Below the pieces are notes generated by a model, which searched no databases, had not been told where the DNA came from, and saw only the letters and a program-made list of their open reading frames with translations. Source: Macrostomum lignano (taxonomy: Eukaryota). From it: a stretch of 64,000 bases of DNA. The first letter of the stretch is position 1. Each line of letters starts with the position of its first letter. The position numbers and the translations under genes are program-made. Shown piece by piece: positions 1-35,300 of this stretch. Where the stretch lies: positions 33,261 to 97,260 of the forward strand of contig NIVC01003444.1 in assembly GCA_002269645.1 (NCBI GenBank), written 5' to 3'.

Positions 1-22297
<22,297 letters not shown>

Positions 22298-22944
22298 CAC
22301 TTCAGAAAAGTTGTAGACAATTCTATAGAATGAAAAATCTAACTTTGTAGTTTTTATTTCGACTCAATGCAAACTTGACAATAATCTATTTTCCAACTGA
22401 ATTTAAATACACCATCAAATTAATCCATTCTTAGTCGAAAACATTGCCATATGCCGCCAATTCTGCAAGCTGACACACGCAAATGTATGCAGTTAGCAAT
22501 CATTGATACAATTATTATTTTCAAACTTGATCGCAATAAACAGCTTGTTTTTCGCACTTGCTTCCACCCCTAGTGTTATTTTTACCTTGAAAAATGTCAA
22601 AACAGCATTGGGAAAACTGTGACTGAAATCGCTAATCTCTCTCCTATTGACTAGGGCGGCGACAGGTGCGGTCGCGTGTTTAATCCCTTTGTTATTTAGC
22701 CATTGTGACAGACGGACACGCTTAGTTCAACTTGATAATCTTTTTAGTATATACTATAATTACCGTATTTTGATCGAATTGGCAATAACAAAAAACAAGT
22801 TTATATGTATATATCTATTACATATTTAATTATATGTATATTTAATTAACCATAAGTAGTACATGTAGATGTGCGATTATGAGATAGGGTCTATGCTATA
22901 AAACTGTTCTTTTTCATGGAGACTTCACATGCACGATTCTGTTT

Positions 22945-23625
22945 TGGCGTCAGTGTTGGCGCCATCTATCCCAGATGTCAGTTTTGGCGCCATCTATCCC
23001 AGATGTCAGTTTTGGCGCCATCTATCCCAGATGTCAGTTTTGGCGCCATCTATCCCAGATGTCAGTTTTGGCGCCATCTATCCCAGATGTCAGTTTTGGC
23101 GCCATCTATCCCAGATGTCAGTTTTGGCGCCATCTATCCCAGATGTCAGTTTTGTTGGCGCCATCTATCCCAGATGTCAGTTTTGGCGCCATCTATCCCA
23201 GATGTCAGTTTTGGCGCCATCTATCCCAGATGTCAGTTTTGGCGCCATCTATCCCAGATGTCAGTTTTGGCGCCATCTATCCCAGATGTCAGTTTTGGCG
23301 CCATCTATCCCAGATGTCAGTTTTGTTGGCGCCATCTATCCCAGATGTCAGTTTTGGCGCCATCTATCCCAGATGTCAGTTTTGTTGGCGCCATCTATCC
23401 CAGATGTCAGTTTTGGCGCCATCTATCCCAGATGTCAGTTTTGTTGGCGCTATCTATCCCAGATGTCAGTTTTGGCGACATCTATCCCAGATGTCAGTTT
23501 TGGCGCCATCTATCCCAGATGTCAGTTCTGTTGGCGCCATCTATCCCAAATGTCAGTTTTGGCGCCATCTATCCCAGATGTCAGTTTTGGCGCCATCTAT
23601 CCCAGATGTCAGTTTTGGCGCCATC
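22945..23625. repeat. 28-bp minisatellite, left array (~23 copies, some 32-bp variants)
   Basis: GGCGCC at 22986 and 23014 gives period 28; internal CATCT/AGATG inverted repeat. Confidence 0.96.
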
Positions 23626-24699
23626 CCTAGTAACACACTTCGTCGCGGCAACGTCGCGTAAACGTCGCAAAGTTACGTCGCGGGAAGGGGTCAAGTGTCG
23701 CGCCACGCGACGTCGCGTACACTTCACTTTGCGACGTCACGTTATTACCATTACGCGACCTTTACGCGACTAGTTTACAGTTGGCCGCGGTTAGTTTCTT
23801 ACTTCTTGATTTGAATGCAGTTTCACAGAGGTGATCGCCACGTTAAATGCTGTTTAAAAATTTATGAGGTTTAAATGCTGTAATTCACAGCAGCAATTGC
23901 ACACCAAGATAATTTGTAATGCACACGTACTGACATACACGCTCGTGAGCACGCATACCTGAAATAATGTAAAGCCAAAATGCTAAAAAATAGGCAGTTT
24001 TACCAGTTTCCTACCGGTGTTACTATAAACTTTCTTATATCAGATACTGGGTGATATTTTATTGGCGAAGGTCGACTCGCACCAGGATTGTACAGCTATT
24101 TGTCAGCCGCTGGAAAAATATAGTACGCAATTATATGCAATAGGAGATAATAAAAGCTATAGCAAACAAAAGGAACATAAATACCAACTGGGAACTGGGT
24201 AATGAATAGTAGAACGTAGCGATGAATGGTAATAGAGTAAAATTATAGTAGATAAAAGTAATTAGAGTAGAGAAAAATAAGAGCAACGAAGCATTTAATT
24301 AATTAATAAATTTTTTGTTTCCTAGAATAAACAGCCAATTTAATTGGCAAATAAACGCCCAGTATATAGTAAATATAATATAACACATAATAATATAACA
24401 CTTGAAATAATTTAAGCCAAAAAAGGCCAACAAAGCAGTTTTACCGTTTTCACCGTTTTTTCAAAAAATTACTGAAAACTGGTATAAAGAACGGGTTTTT
24501 GCGACCCCTGTTTGTCTTAGAATCTAAAATTTTGGTGGGGAGGGATCTGGTGACTAGGTAGGGAAAGAGCTAATTTCCCGCCCCATTTTTCTATATCTAA
24601 GTTTCTCCATTCCAGCCTACTCTGCATGAATAAATCGAAACAAACTGACAAGGCTCGGGAGCCGATTTTTCCCGCGGCCAGGGGACCTCCAACATGAAG

Positions 24700-25297
24700 C
24701 TAACGAGCGCGATTCGGGTCATTTGCATGCTTTAGCACCTCCTTTACAGCGGCTTCTATCTCCTTCTCCTTCGCCTTGACGCTGCGTAGCGTTGCACCTC
24801 GCACGATTGTCCACAGGATGCTGTCCTTGAACGCCGCTTTCTCTCGCCGTCCTGCGAAACTAAAACTCGCCATAGCCGGCGGAGCCAGCAGCCGGCGCAA
24901 AATGCGACGCACTGCATCCTGGGTGCTGCCGCCACCAATGCAGGCCATCTGTCCTTCCAGTAATGCAAGTGAAGCAGTTGCGCAAAATTGTCTAATTGTT
25001 TTTTATTTTACACGCAACAGAAGAATTGAAGAAAAACAGGAACGCCGATGCACTCACGAGCGCTTCTGCATCCACTGGATTTTCTTCCAGATGCTGGACT
25101 AGTTCTGCCATGTCTTCTGCCGAGCACGGCAAGTTGACAGGCAGATTTGGAGCCGCCACGCTCTTTCGTGACGCGATCGCGGAGACCGTGCGTTCAATCC
25201 GTTCAACGTATTGACGGATGGCTGCCAGTTCCCTCATAACAATCTTCTCGAATGCTGAAACATCTGCATCTATCCCAGATGTCAGTTTTGGCGTCAT
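24700..25297 (-). CDS. DUF4806/BEN-like domain protein, probably 2 exons
   Basis: Exon 25297(or upstream)-25058 (FEKIVMRELAAIRQYVERIERTV coiled coil, LPVNLPCSAEDMAELVQHLEE) with gtgagt donor. In-phase CAG acceptor before 24948-24700 (IGGGSTQDAVRRILRRLLAPPAMASFSFAGRREKAAFKDSILWTIVRGA...EIEAAVKEVLKHAND), which matches my recollection of the DUF4806 pattern. Start codon and acceptor uncertain. Confidence 0.7.
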
Positions 25298-25555
25298 CTA
25301 TCCCAGATGTCAGTTCTGTTGGCGCCATCTATCCCAGATGTCAGTTTTGGCGCCATCTATCCCAGATGTCAGTTTTGGCGCCATCTATCCCAGATGTCAG
25401 TTTTGGCGTCATCTATCCCAGATGTCAATTTTGGCGCCATCTATCCCAGATGTCAGTTTTGGCGCCATCTATCCCGGATGTCAGTTTTGTTGGCGCTATC
25501 TATCCCAGATGTCAGTTTTGGCGCCATCTATCCCAGATGTCAGTTTTGGCGCGGT
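25262..25555. repeat. 28-bp minisatellite, right array (~10 copies)
   Basis: Same unit and orientation as 22945-23625. Confidence 0.95.
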
Positions 25556-26360
25556 CCATATGGAGATATCTAGTGGTTAGGGCAAGTGCATCATTCCGTA
25601 AATATGACCAGCAAAATTTACTTGAGTTTGGTCTTCTAAAAACCTTTGATTTGGATATTTGGGCCTCAGATGAGTAAAAAACTAATAGCTTAGCTTCCCA
25701 CTCCTGTCAAATTGTGAGCTCCAAGGTAACAAAAATTGGGCGGGGCAGCTAGGTCAAAAGTGGACTAACATGAGACAAGCAAGGGAGAATCTAAAAAAGT
25801 ATAAATAAGGTTTCATATTCTACATCCATAGTCGGCCTACATGTCATCGTTACTGAAATTTCCATGGGTGCATGTAACATAATTTAATACTATACTTGCA
25901 TTACGTGTAGTATAATTAACGAAATGAAACGAAACGAAACGAAATGAAATGAAATTAAAGTCACAGAATAGGCTAGAAAATCATTGAACAGATATACAAA
26001 GGTTTACATTTCCAATTAAAAGCTGTTTTTAAAAACTACTTAGTTAATAATTTTATCAATAAGTTGTAGAACCTAAATAGTTTCAGTTTAATGTATCAAA
26101 TTTTTATGTAGTTTTGTTTAACCAGTTATTTTGTTGTTAGTAAACAAATTTAACCTAGATAAAGTAACGTTATTATTATTTGAGTTAGATTCGAGAAATG
26201 GAATAAATTACGAACTTTAAGCAACCGTATCCGTATGTGCATCTTTATGTTCTTTGATTAAGGAATTTCAAGCAAAAACTATCGATGGCTTTATTCAAAG
26301 CCTTTTAAAGCTTTAATTTGACAATATATCTTATCATTATACCAAATCGACAAGTTTACA

Positions 26361-29300
26361 ATGCCAGTAAGACGGGGACATGTTGCACCACAAAATACTT
26401 TTTTGGATACATTGATTCGAAAATTTGATGGACAGTGTAAGTTTTTAATGTTTAATGTTTCTACTGTAATGGTTTTTGTCTATGTCAAAAACTAAGATAG
26501 TAGTAAGCTCTTCTTTACACTGAGCTCTTCCCATTAAAATTGTGGAAAACTACAACCTTGCCAAGTTGTCACATAATAGTTAATATTGTATTGAGTCCTA
26601 AACCGAAAATGATTAAAACGTATGCATACAGGACACTGTATACAAATAAATGTTAATCAAAGACTAAAACTTGTAGTTAATGCAATACTTTTTAACTTCA
26701 CACTTTTGATTATATATATATATATGTGTCATTATTATAGTTATATTCATTTTTAAGGCAATAAAATTCATACATTTATGCATAGAATGATTTTAGAAAT
26801 AAAATTTTATTCACTGGATATTTTTGTTTTATTGCTTTTTAAACTTTGTTGCAGTTACTTTGTTTATTAAATCATACTTTTAAAATATTTTGCATTTTAA
26901 AAACCATTTAAAAGAAACTAATTTATTGATTTTTAAGGATTAGGTTTGTTTGTGTTTTTGTTAAGGAAAGTTAATATAAAGGCTTTAATAGCTGTATTTT
27001 TAGCCTAATTCTAAACTAATTGCTTTGCCCATCCAAAAGCATACTATATCCAAGGAGTAATAATAGTGAAAAAAAAAATGTTTTGTAAAATTATGCATAT
27101 ATATTTTTAAATTTTATTTCGTTTTGAGTATTATATCTAACTATTTTTAATAGGTTGTTTAAAATTGGTTATTAATTTCATCATGTTTATGCCATAATAA
27201 CAGATCGCAAATTCTGCATAGCTAATGCTCAAATTGAGCATAGACCAGTGATATTCTGCAATGATGGCTTCTGTGAACTCGTTGGCTACACAAGAGCTGA
27301 CATCATGCAGCGCTCAGCTTGCATGGACTTCCTGCATGGCCCACTGACTAGCGTTCAGTCCATCACGGATCTGAGGGATGCCCTCAATGGGCGAGATGAG
27401 CGCCAGATTCAAATTCTATTTTACAAGAAAGATGGTGAGAGTTTGGGATGAATGGGCCTGTTCTATGATTTTATTTGAGTATGTCTCATAAGTTTTTGCA
27501 CTAATATCTAACAGTTAAATATACCACATCGAACAAGTTAGACACCAAAGTCTAACAGGTTAAACAACCATACATAATAGGTTAAACACCCGTGTCTAAC
27601 ATATGACCCTCACTCTGTTCCTCTCTAACAGGCACCAGATTTCAGTCTAACACCATGGTGGCACCAGTTCGCAACGAATCCTCTGATGTCATGTTCTACA
27701 TTCTCACCTTTCAAGTCGAAGGTCAGACCTCGTTTTTCGCCGGCACCGCGGCTCAGAGAAGAGGTTTGGCGCCAATTTGATTGATTAATTTGTTTTTCTG
27801 AGCTGTTTAGAAGGCCTCCAATACAGTAAGTTTTTTAGTATTAAATCAGAAAACTTTTGATTCAACCTTGATTGGGAGCTGCAGTTGGCTGGCTACATTA
27901 TGTACATGTAACAACCTGTTGCTGGCGCCCCTGGTTCTGGCGCCCCTGGTGCTGGCGCCCCTGGTGCTGGCGCCCCTGGTGCTGGCGCCCCTGGTGCTGG
28001 CGCCCCTGGTGCTGGCGCCCCTGGTGCTGGCGCCCCTGGTGCTGGCGCCCCTGGTGCTGGCGCCCCTGGTGCTGGCGCCCCTGGTGCTGGCGCCCCTGGT
28101 GCTGGCGCCCCTGGTGCTGGCGCCCCTGGTGCTGGCGCCCCTGGTGCTGGCGCCCCTGGTGCTGGCGCCCCTGGTGCTGGCGCCCCTGGTGCTGGCGCCC
28201 CTGGTGCTGGCGCCCCTGGTGCTGGCGCCCCTGGTGCTGGCGCCCTGGTGCCCCTAAAGCCCCATGCAAGCAAATTTAACTAACTTTCATTTCAGTAGTT
28301 TCTTAAGCGTAAAATTTCCATTTTTGACTGGTACTACTTAAAATGCATATTGGCATGGCAATTTTTAGCATGATCCTGCTATATTTGTGATGCATGCAGT
28401 TCTAATTAGAAGCTAATTTCATTAGTTTTTTGTTCGACCACGAGAGCCCATGACTGCTTGTTTCAATTTGTACTTCACAGAAAATCGAATTTATCAAATC
28501 AATTTAAAACCTTGAGGGAAAATTTGTCCCGCCTCTGCGGGAAAGGAAATATTTAAAGGCTTAATTTAAAATAAATGATTACTAAGACACAAGATGGGGT
28601 GGAGACAATCAGACAAAGGCATCGGGTTCGATTCCCACATTTCCCAGATTTTTGAAGTGTCACATTTTTACTAAACTTGCGCCAAAAAATCAAATTATAT
28701 TTTTAATATTCGACTTCTTTCGGCAAACTCGCATGCAGGCTCCAACCTCACTCTTGGCAGCTCGTCAATTGGTAAAGCTGCAGTGTTTCAAGTTGTCTGT
28801 TTTCTTGTGTTATGCTTTTAACTTGCAAATACAATTGTCTTGTAAATGGCTCTTTGAAAGAAGTCTGTAATAATTTTCTTAGACCTGCGTGTCCTCGTCA
28901 AGACCTACATTAAGCTTCTACTTATAATGAAGATTTCTTGTCAAAATGGTAGATTAAACTAAGCACACATACTGTTGTCAGAGCAACATATTAACATTCG
29001 ACTGCATGGAAAAGAGCCTATATGGTCTAAAAGTGATATTTTTTTATGAATTTGAAACACTTAAAACTACTCGAGTAAATATACAAAGTAGTCTATTTAT
29101 AGTAGGCAAGCAGCGAATATTGCTAGAAAAATTTCAATAAGTCAACTAAATATGCTTTCTCTCGGGTATTTTCTTTATTTTTAAAGGCAGCCTCGGTCTT
29201 CGTGACACCATCCGCGGCCTGTGGCGCGGTGCCCTGGTCGGGCTGCACCTTCGAAGAGATTCGCCAACAGGAGTTGATGACGATGGAGCCGGCGGCACCG

Positions 29301-32300
29301 GGTCGGCGCCTGGCGCCAGCGCAACCGGAGCCGGAATTGGCGGCAAGGACAAGCGAGGAGGCGGCGGCGGGGGCGGCGGGCTGTTGAATGCCGACCACTG
29401 CGGCGGCAGTCTGCTGTCGCTGAGTCCCAGCTTTGATGGCCTGGACCTGAGCTGCGCCAGCGCCAATCTGGCCGGCCAGCGTGAGTGCCGGGGCAGATGA
29501 AGATGGGAGCAGAAGAAGGAAGGGAGATGAAGGGAGAGGTGGGGAGATGAATGGAGAGGTGGGGAGATGAAGGGAGAGGTAGGGAGATGAAGGGAGAGGT
29601 AGGGAGATGAAGGGAGAGGTGGGGAGATGAAGGGAGAGGTAGGGAGATGAATGGAGAGGTAGGGAGATGAAGGGAGAGGTGGGGAGATGAAGGGAGAGGT
29701 AGGGAGATGAATGGAGAGGTAGGGAGATGAAGGGAGAGGTGGGGAGATGAAGGGAGAGGTAGGGAGATGAATGGAGAGGTAGGGAGATGAAGGGAGAGGT
29801 GGGGAGATGAAGGGAGAGGTAGGGAGATGAAGGGAGAGGTGGGGAGATGAATGGAGAGGTAGGGAGATGAAGGGAGAGGTGGGGAGATGAAGGGAGAGGT
29901 AGGGAGATGAAGGGAGAGGTAGGGAGATGAAGGGAGAGGTGGGGAGATGAAGGGAGAGGTAGGGAGATGAATGGAGGGGTAGGGAGATGAAGGGAGAGGT
30001 GGGGAGATGAAGGGAGACGTAGGGTGATGAAGGGAGAGGTGGGGAGATGAAGGGAGAGGTGGGGAGATGAAGGGAGAGGAAGGAAAAGAGGGAAAGAGAG
30101 GAAAGGAGTGAGGGAGAGAGTGAGTTAAAGAAGACAGTGAGGGGAGGGAGAGAAAGGGAGAGGTAGGGAGAGGGAGGAAAGGAGAGTTAGGAAGAGAGAG
30201 AGCCTCGAAAGGAAGGGAGAGAGGAAGGGAGAGAGGGAGGGAGAGAGGGAGGGAGAGGAAGGGAGAGAGGGAGGGAGAGGGAGGGAGAGGAAGGGAGAGA
30301 GGGAGGGAGAGGAAGGTAGAGAGGGAGGGAGAGGAAGGGAGAGAGGGAGGGAGAGAAAGGGAGAGAGGGAGGGAGAGGGAGGGAGAGAGGGAGGGAGAGA
30401 GGGAGGGAGAGGAAGGGAGAGAGGGAGGGAGAGGGAGGGAGAGGAAGGGAGAGAGGGAGGGAGAGGAAGGTAGAGAGGGAGGGAGAGGAAGGGAGAGAGG
30501 GAGGGAGAGAAAGGGAGAGAGGGAGGGAGAGGGAGGGAGAGAGGGAGGGAGAGGAAGGTAGAGAGGGAGGGAGAGGAAGGGAGAGAGGGAGGGAGAGAAA
30601 GGGAGAGAGGGAGGGAGAGGAAGGGAGAGAGGGAGGGAGAGGAAGGGAGAGAGGGAGGGAGAGGAAGGGAGAGAGGGAGGGAGAGGAAGGGAGAGAGGGA
30701 GGGAGAGGAAGGGAGAGAGGAAGGGAGAGAGGGAGGGAGAGGAAGGGAGAGAGGGAGGGAGAGGAAGGGAGAGAGGGAGGGAGAGGAAGGGAGAGAGGGA
30801 GGGAGAGGAAGGGAGAGAGGGAGGGAGAGGAAGGGAGAGAGGGAGGGAGAGGAAGGGAGAGATGGAGTGAGCTGCGGGAGATAAAACACAGGGGTTAAAC
30901 GAGTTGCAATGCTGAATAACGAGTTACAGTTATTCAGGAAAACTTGTGAACACTTGTTTGTGGAAAAAGATTTTCCCAGAGCAAGGCGCATTCCTCAGCA
31001 ACAGCCGCAACACCCCCCCCCCTGCCTCAATTCCAAACCGGTCCAGTTCGCAACGCGCAGCGCAACAACGATTCCGATTTCGACTTGAGCGACCCGCCCC
31101 CGTACGACTGGGAGTCTGGCAGCGTCCTGCTGGCGAAAGACGGCGACTCGCAGCAGCAGCCAGGGGTGTACTTTTCGCCCAGCGTTGTCTCCATGAAGCA
31201 CAACGTGTCTGAGAAGGTGGCCCAGGTGAGCGCTGAGATCGGGGTGGGATGAGCATTAGTTTGTTGTTGGCGGTTGTGTGAAAATACAGTTCAATAGGTT
31301 TGTTTTTTATGTTGAATCTGTATGATCTGAACTGATGGAGGGAGAGAGAGGGGCAGGGAGGGAGAGTGGGGCAGGGAGGGAGAGAGAGGGGCATGGAGGG
31401 AGAGAGAGGGGCAGGGAGGGAGAGAGAGAGGCAGGGAGGGAGAGAGAGGGGCAGGGAGGGAGAGAGAGGGGCATGGAGGGAGAGAGAGGGGCAGGGAGGG
31501 AGAGAGAGGGGACAGAGGGAAGGAGAGAGAGGGGACAGAGGGAAGGAGAGAGAGGGGACAGAGGGAAGGAGAGAGAGGGGACAGAGGGAAGGAGAGAGAG
31601 GGGACAGAGGGAAGGAGAGAGAGGGGACAGAGGGAAGGAGAGAGAGGGGACAGAGGGAAGGAGAGAGAGGGGACAGAGGGAAGGAGAGAGAGGGGACAGA
31701 GGGAAGGAGAGAGAGGGGACAGAGGGAAGGAGAGAGAGAAGACAGAGGGAAGGAGAGAGAGGGGACAGAGGGAAGGAGAGAGAGGGGACAGAGGGAAGGA
31801 GAGAGAGGGGACAGAGGGAAGGAGAGAGAGGGGACAGAGGGAAGGAGAGAGAGAGGGGACAGAGGGAAGGAGAGAGAGGGGACAGAGGGAAGGAGAGAGA
31901 GAGAGAACAGAGGAGCAACTAATTACCTGACAATATTTCAAGCATTTGCCTACAAAGAAGCCGTACATGCCTGAGCAAAATATGAATATCTAGCTAAGCA
32001 GTCTTGTACGGATCGGTCCTCAAATCACAAATGGAAGAATTCTGCAAACTTTTTGCAGCTGCTGGCTCGCGCAGGCTGCATAGTAACCTCAGTTGAGAGA
32101 ACCGCTTACGAGGATGCCCAACTGGAGCGGCGGCGCAGGGGCGAAGTCTGAATCCAATTAATCAATTCTGTGTTTCAATATTTGTTTAAATAAAAATAGT
32201 CACAGAAATTGGTCACCGAGTTTTTTCTTATTCACAAAAGTTTTCTTAGAAACAATATCGATTTTTTATCGATTTTTATTGATTTTTTCAGCCGCAAGAT

Positions 32301-35300
32301 GACGAATTGGAGGACGCAGAGTTGGTCAGCGTGTGGCCTGGGGGATTTTTTAGGCAGTTTGCAGTCTCGATCTGGTTTATCTTTCTTTAACGATAGAAAC
32401 TTTGAAATAAAAAAGTTTTTTTTCTTTGGTTTGCGCACTAAAATATTGTCAGTTTGAATCCGTGCGAGAAAATCTAAAATAGGTTTAACAAATATTCATT
32501 TTCAATTTATAATTTAAAATCCTTGCCGACAGGATGTTTTAATATGAATTATTTTAGGAAATTTCCAGCATGAATCATTTAGATTTGAAAAGAGAGTTAA
32601 TTTTTTTAAATTCCTTGCCTTGTTTAAGTCTATAAGAGTCTTAGAAAAAATGTAAAAAAGTTTCTGTCTTGAATGGCTTGCAAAAATTTCAACAGTTTTC
32701 TATACCAAAATTTATTTTTTTTATTCTTTACGGTCACTTGAGAATGCTTCTATCAGATATAACTTCGTGGTGGTTTGTTTAATTAAACCGATTTCTAAGA
32801 AATAAAAATACGCATAAGTAAAACATAGCAACTATTTCTTAACTTAATTTACAGATGCTGTCTCTCGGAGCGGACATTTTGCCAGAGTACAAACTGCAGT
32901 CGCCCAGGATTCACAGGTGCACCATTCTGCACTACTCACCGTTCAAAGCTGTGTGGGACTGGCTGATCCTGATTCTGGTAATCTACACGGCCATCTTCAC
33001 ACCCTATGTGGCCGCCTTCCTGCTCAACGATGAAGAGAAAAGAAAAAAGGTTAGTCAGTTTTCTATTACTTTTTTAATTGCCTTTAATTAAGATTGTATT
33101 TTTCTTATATTTTTACTTGCAGTAGCCAAAAAGCATTTTTGTTTTAAAAAAGTTCACTGTTTTAATAGTACTTTTCTGACATTTCTACTTACAGTAGCTA
33201 AATTAGCGCTTGCCCTTAATATCGATTTTTCTTACGTTTCAGCTTAAATGCAGTGATAAGCAATTCTTGATGCATTTTCCTAAATTTGAAAGACTTCTTA
33301 TATTTCTACTAATAGTAGCTAAACTTTTATTTCTTAGACTTTTATTAATTATCAATAGCTAATAAAATAAAATTTATGAAATTCTTTTTCGCGCAGAAAT
33401 ACCAGCACAATTTGGACTACACTGACCCACTGGCCGTCATTGACATCCTTGTTGACGTCATGTTCATCGTGGACATCCTGATCAACTTTCGCACCACCTA
33501 CGTGAACAAAAATGACGAAGTAGTCTCGCATCCGGGTCGCATAGCCGTGCACTATTTCAAAGGCTGGTTCCTCATTGATGTAGTAGCGGCGATTCCCTTT
33601 GATCTGCTGCTCTGGGGCTCCGAGACTGACGAGGTGAGAATTTCGCTTTGCTTGATAATCTAATAAGCTTGATTATCATGAGACTTGAGCTTTGAGATTT
33701 CTTGAAGGGTGCGATTTCTTAGAAATTGTCCATTTCTCATTGAATGAGATTTCTTAGAAATTGTCCATTTCTCATTGAGTGAAACTTTTAGAAATTGTCC
33801 GTTTTTCATTGGGTGAGATTTATTAGAAATTGTCCGTTTCTCATTGGGTGAGATTTCTTAGAAATTGTCCATTTCTCATAGGGTGAGATTTCTTACAAAT
33901 TGTCCATTTCTCATTGAGTGAGATTTCTTAGAAATTGTCCATTTCTCATAGGGTGAGATTTCTTAAAAATTGTCCATTTCTCATAGGGTGAGATTTCTTA
34001 GAATTTTTTCATTTCTCATTGAGTGAGATTTCTTAGAAATTGTCCATTTCTCATTGAGTGAGATTTCCTAGAAATTGCCCTTTTCTCATTGAGTGAGATT
34101 TCTTAGAAATTGCCCATTTCTCATCGAGTGAGATTTCTTAGAAATTGCCCATTTCTCATTGAATGAGATTTCTTAGAAATTGTTCATTTCTCATTGAGTG
34201 AGATTTCTTAGAAATTGTCCATTTCTCATTGAGTGAGATTTCCTAGAAACTGTCCATTTCTCATTGAGTGAAACTTTTAGAAATTGTCCGTTTCTCATTG
34301 GGTGAGATTTCTTAGAAATTGTCCATTTCTCATAGTAAATGGACAGATTGGTAAGATTGAATCCCGCACCCACCCCGGCAGCCAACCACTCTGATCGGGC
34401 TACTGAAAACCGCCCGACTGCTCCGTCTGGTCCGAGTCGCCAGAAAGCTGGACCGCTACTCAGAGTACGGAGCCGCTGTGCTGCTGCTGCTCATGGCGAC
34501 CTTCGCCCTGATCGCTCATTGGCTGGCCTGCATCTGGTACGCCATCGGCAACATTGAAAGGCCCTCGTTGCAACAGAAAATCGGCTGGTTGGACCAGCTG
34601 GCTGACCAGGTGGGACTTTTTTGCCTGTTCATTATTATTGATAGTTTTTTATTTTACATTGTTAAAAGTAAAGTGTGAATTTTTCTGATTAATTTCCAAA
34701 AAATGAATACTTAATTCGCTGTCTTATTCTTTCCCTGTCTTACCCTCTGTCTCACCCTCTGTCTGTCTCACCCTCTTTCTCACCTTCTGTCTGTCTTACC
34801 CTTTGTCTGTCTCACCCTCTCTCTCACCTTCTGTCTGTCTCACCCTCCGTCTCACACGCTGTCTCACCCTCTGTCAGTCTCACCCTCTGTCTGTCTCACT
34901 CTCTGTCTGTCTCAACCTCTGTCTGTCTCACCCACTGTCTGTCTTATCCTCTGTCTGTCTCACCCTCTGTCAGTCTCACCCTCTGTCTGTCTCACCCACT
35001 GTCTGTCTTATCCTCTGTCTGTCTCACCCTCTGTCTGTCTCACCCTCTGTCTGTCTCACCCTCTGTCTGTCTCACCCTTTGTCTGTCTCACCCTCTCTCT
35101 CACCTTCTGTCTGTCTCACCCTCCGTCTCACCCTCTGTCTCTCAGCCAATCAAAGCCACCCCCACTCGAACCGCCCCGGCAGACTCACCAGCACTACAAC
35201 CTGAGTGACACGAACTCCGGCCCCAGCCTCAAGTCGAAGTACATCACGGCGCTGTACTTCACCTTCTCCAGCTTGACCTCCGTCGGCTTCGGCAACGTGT

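Larger units (their letters stand above)
22945..25555. mobile_element. Candidate mobile or selfish element: DUF4806/BEN-like gene bracketed by two same-orientation arrays of a 28-bp repeat
   Basis: The same unit (ttttggcgccatctatcccagatgtcag) occurs at 22945-23625 and 25262-25555, enclosing a CpG palindrome module, an AT-rich stretch and a small spliced ORF. No transposase, TIR or TSD identified. Confidence 0.4.

Noticed and set aside
22916-23773. 285-aa plus-strand ORFs from the 28-bp array; CRISPR-like appearance
   Set aside because: The unit is stop-free on the plus strand, so ORFs arise automatically. Units are contiguous with no unique spacers and there are no cas genes; the context is eukaryotic.
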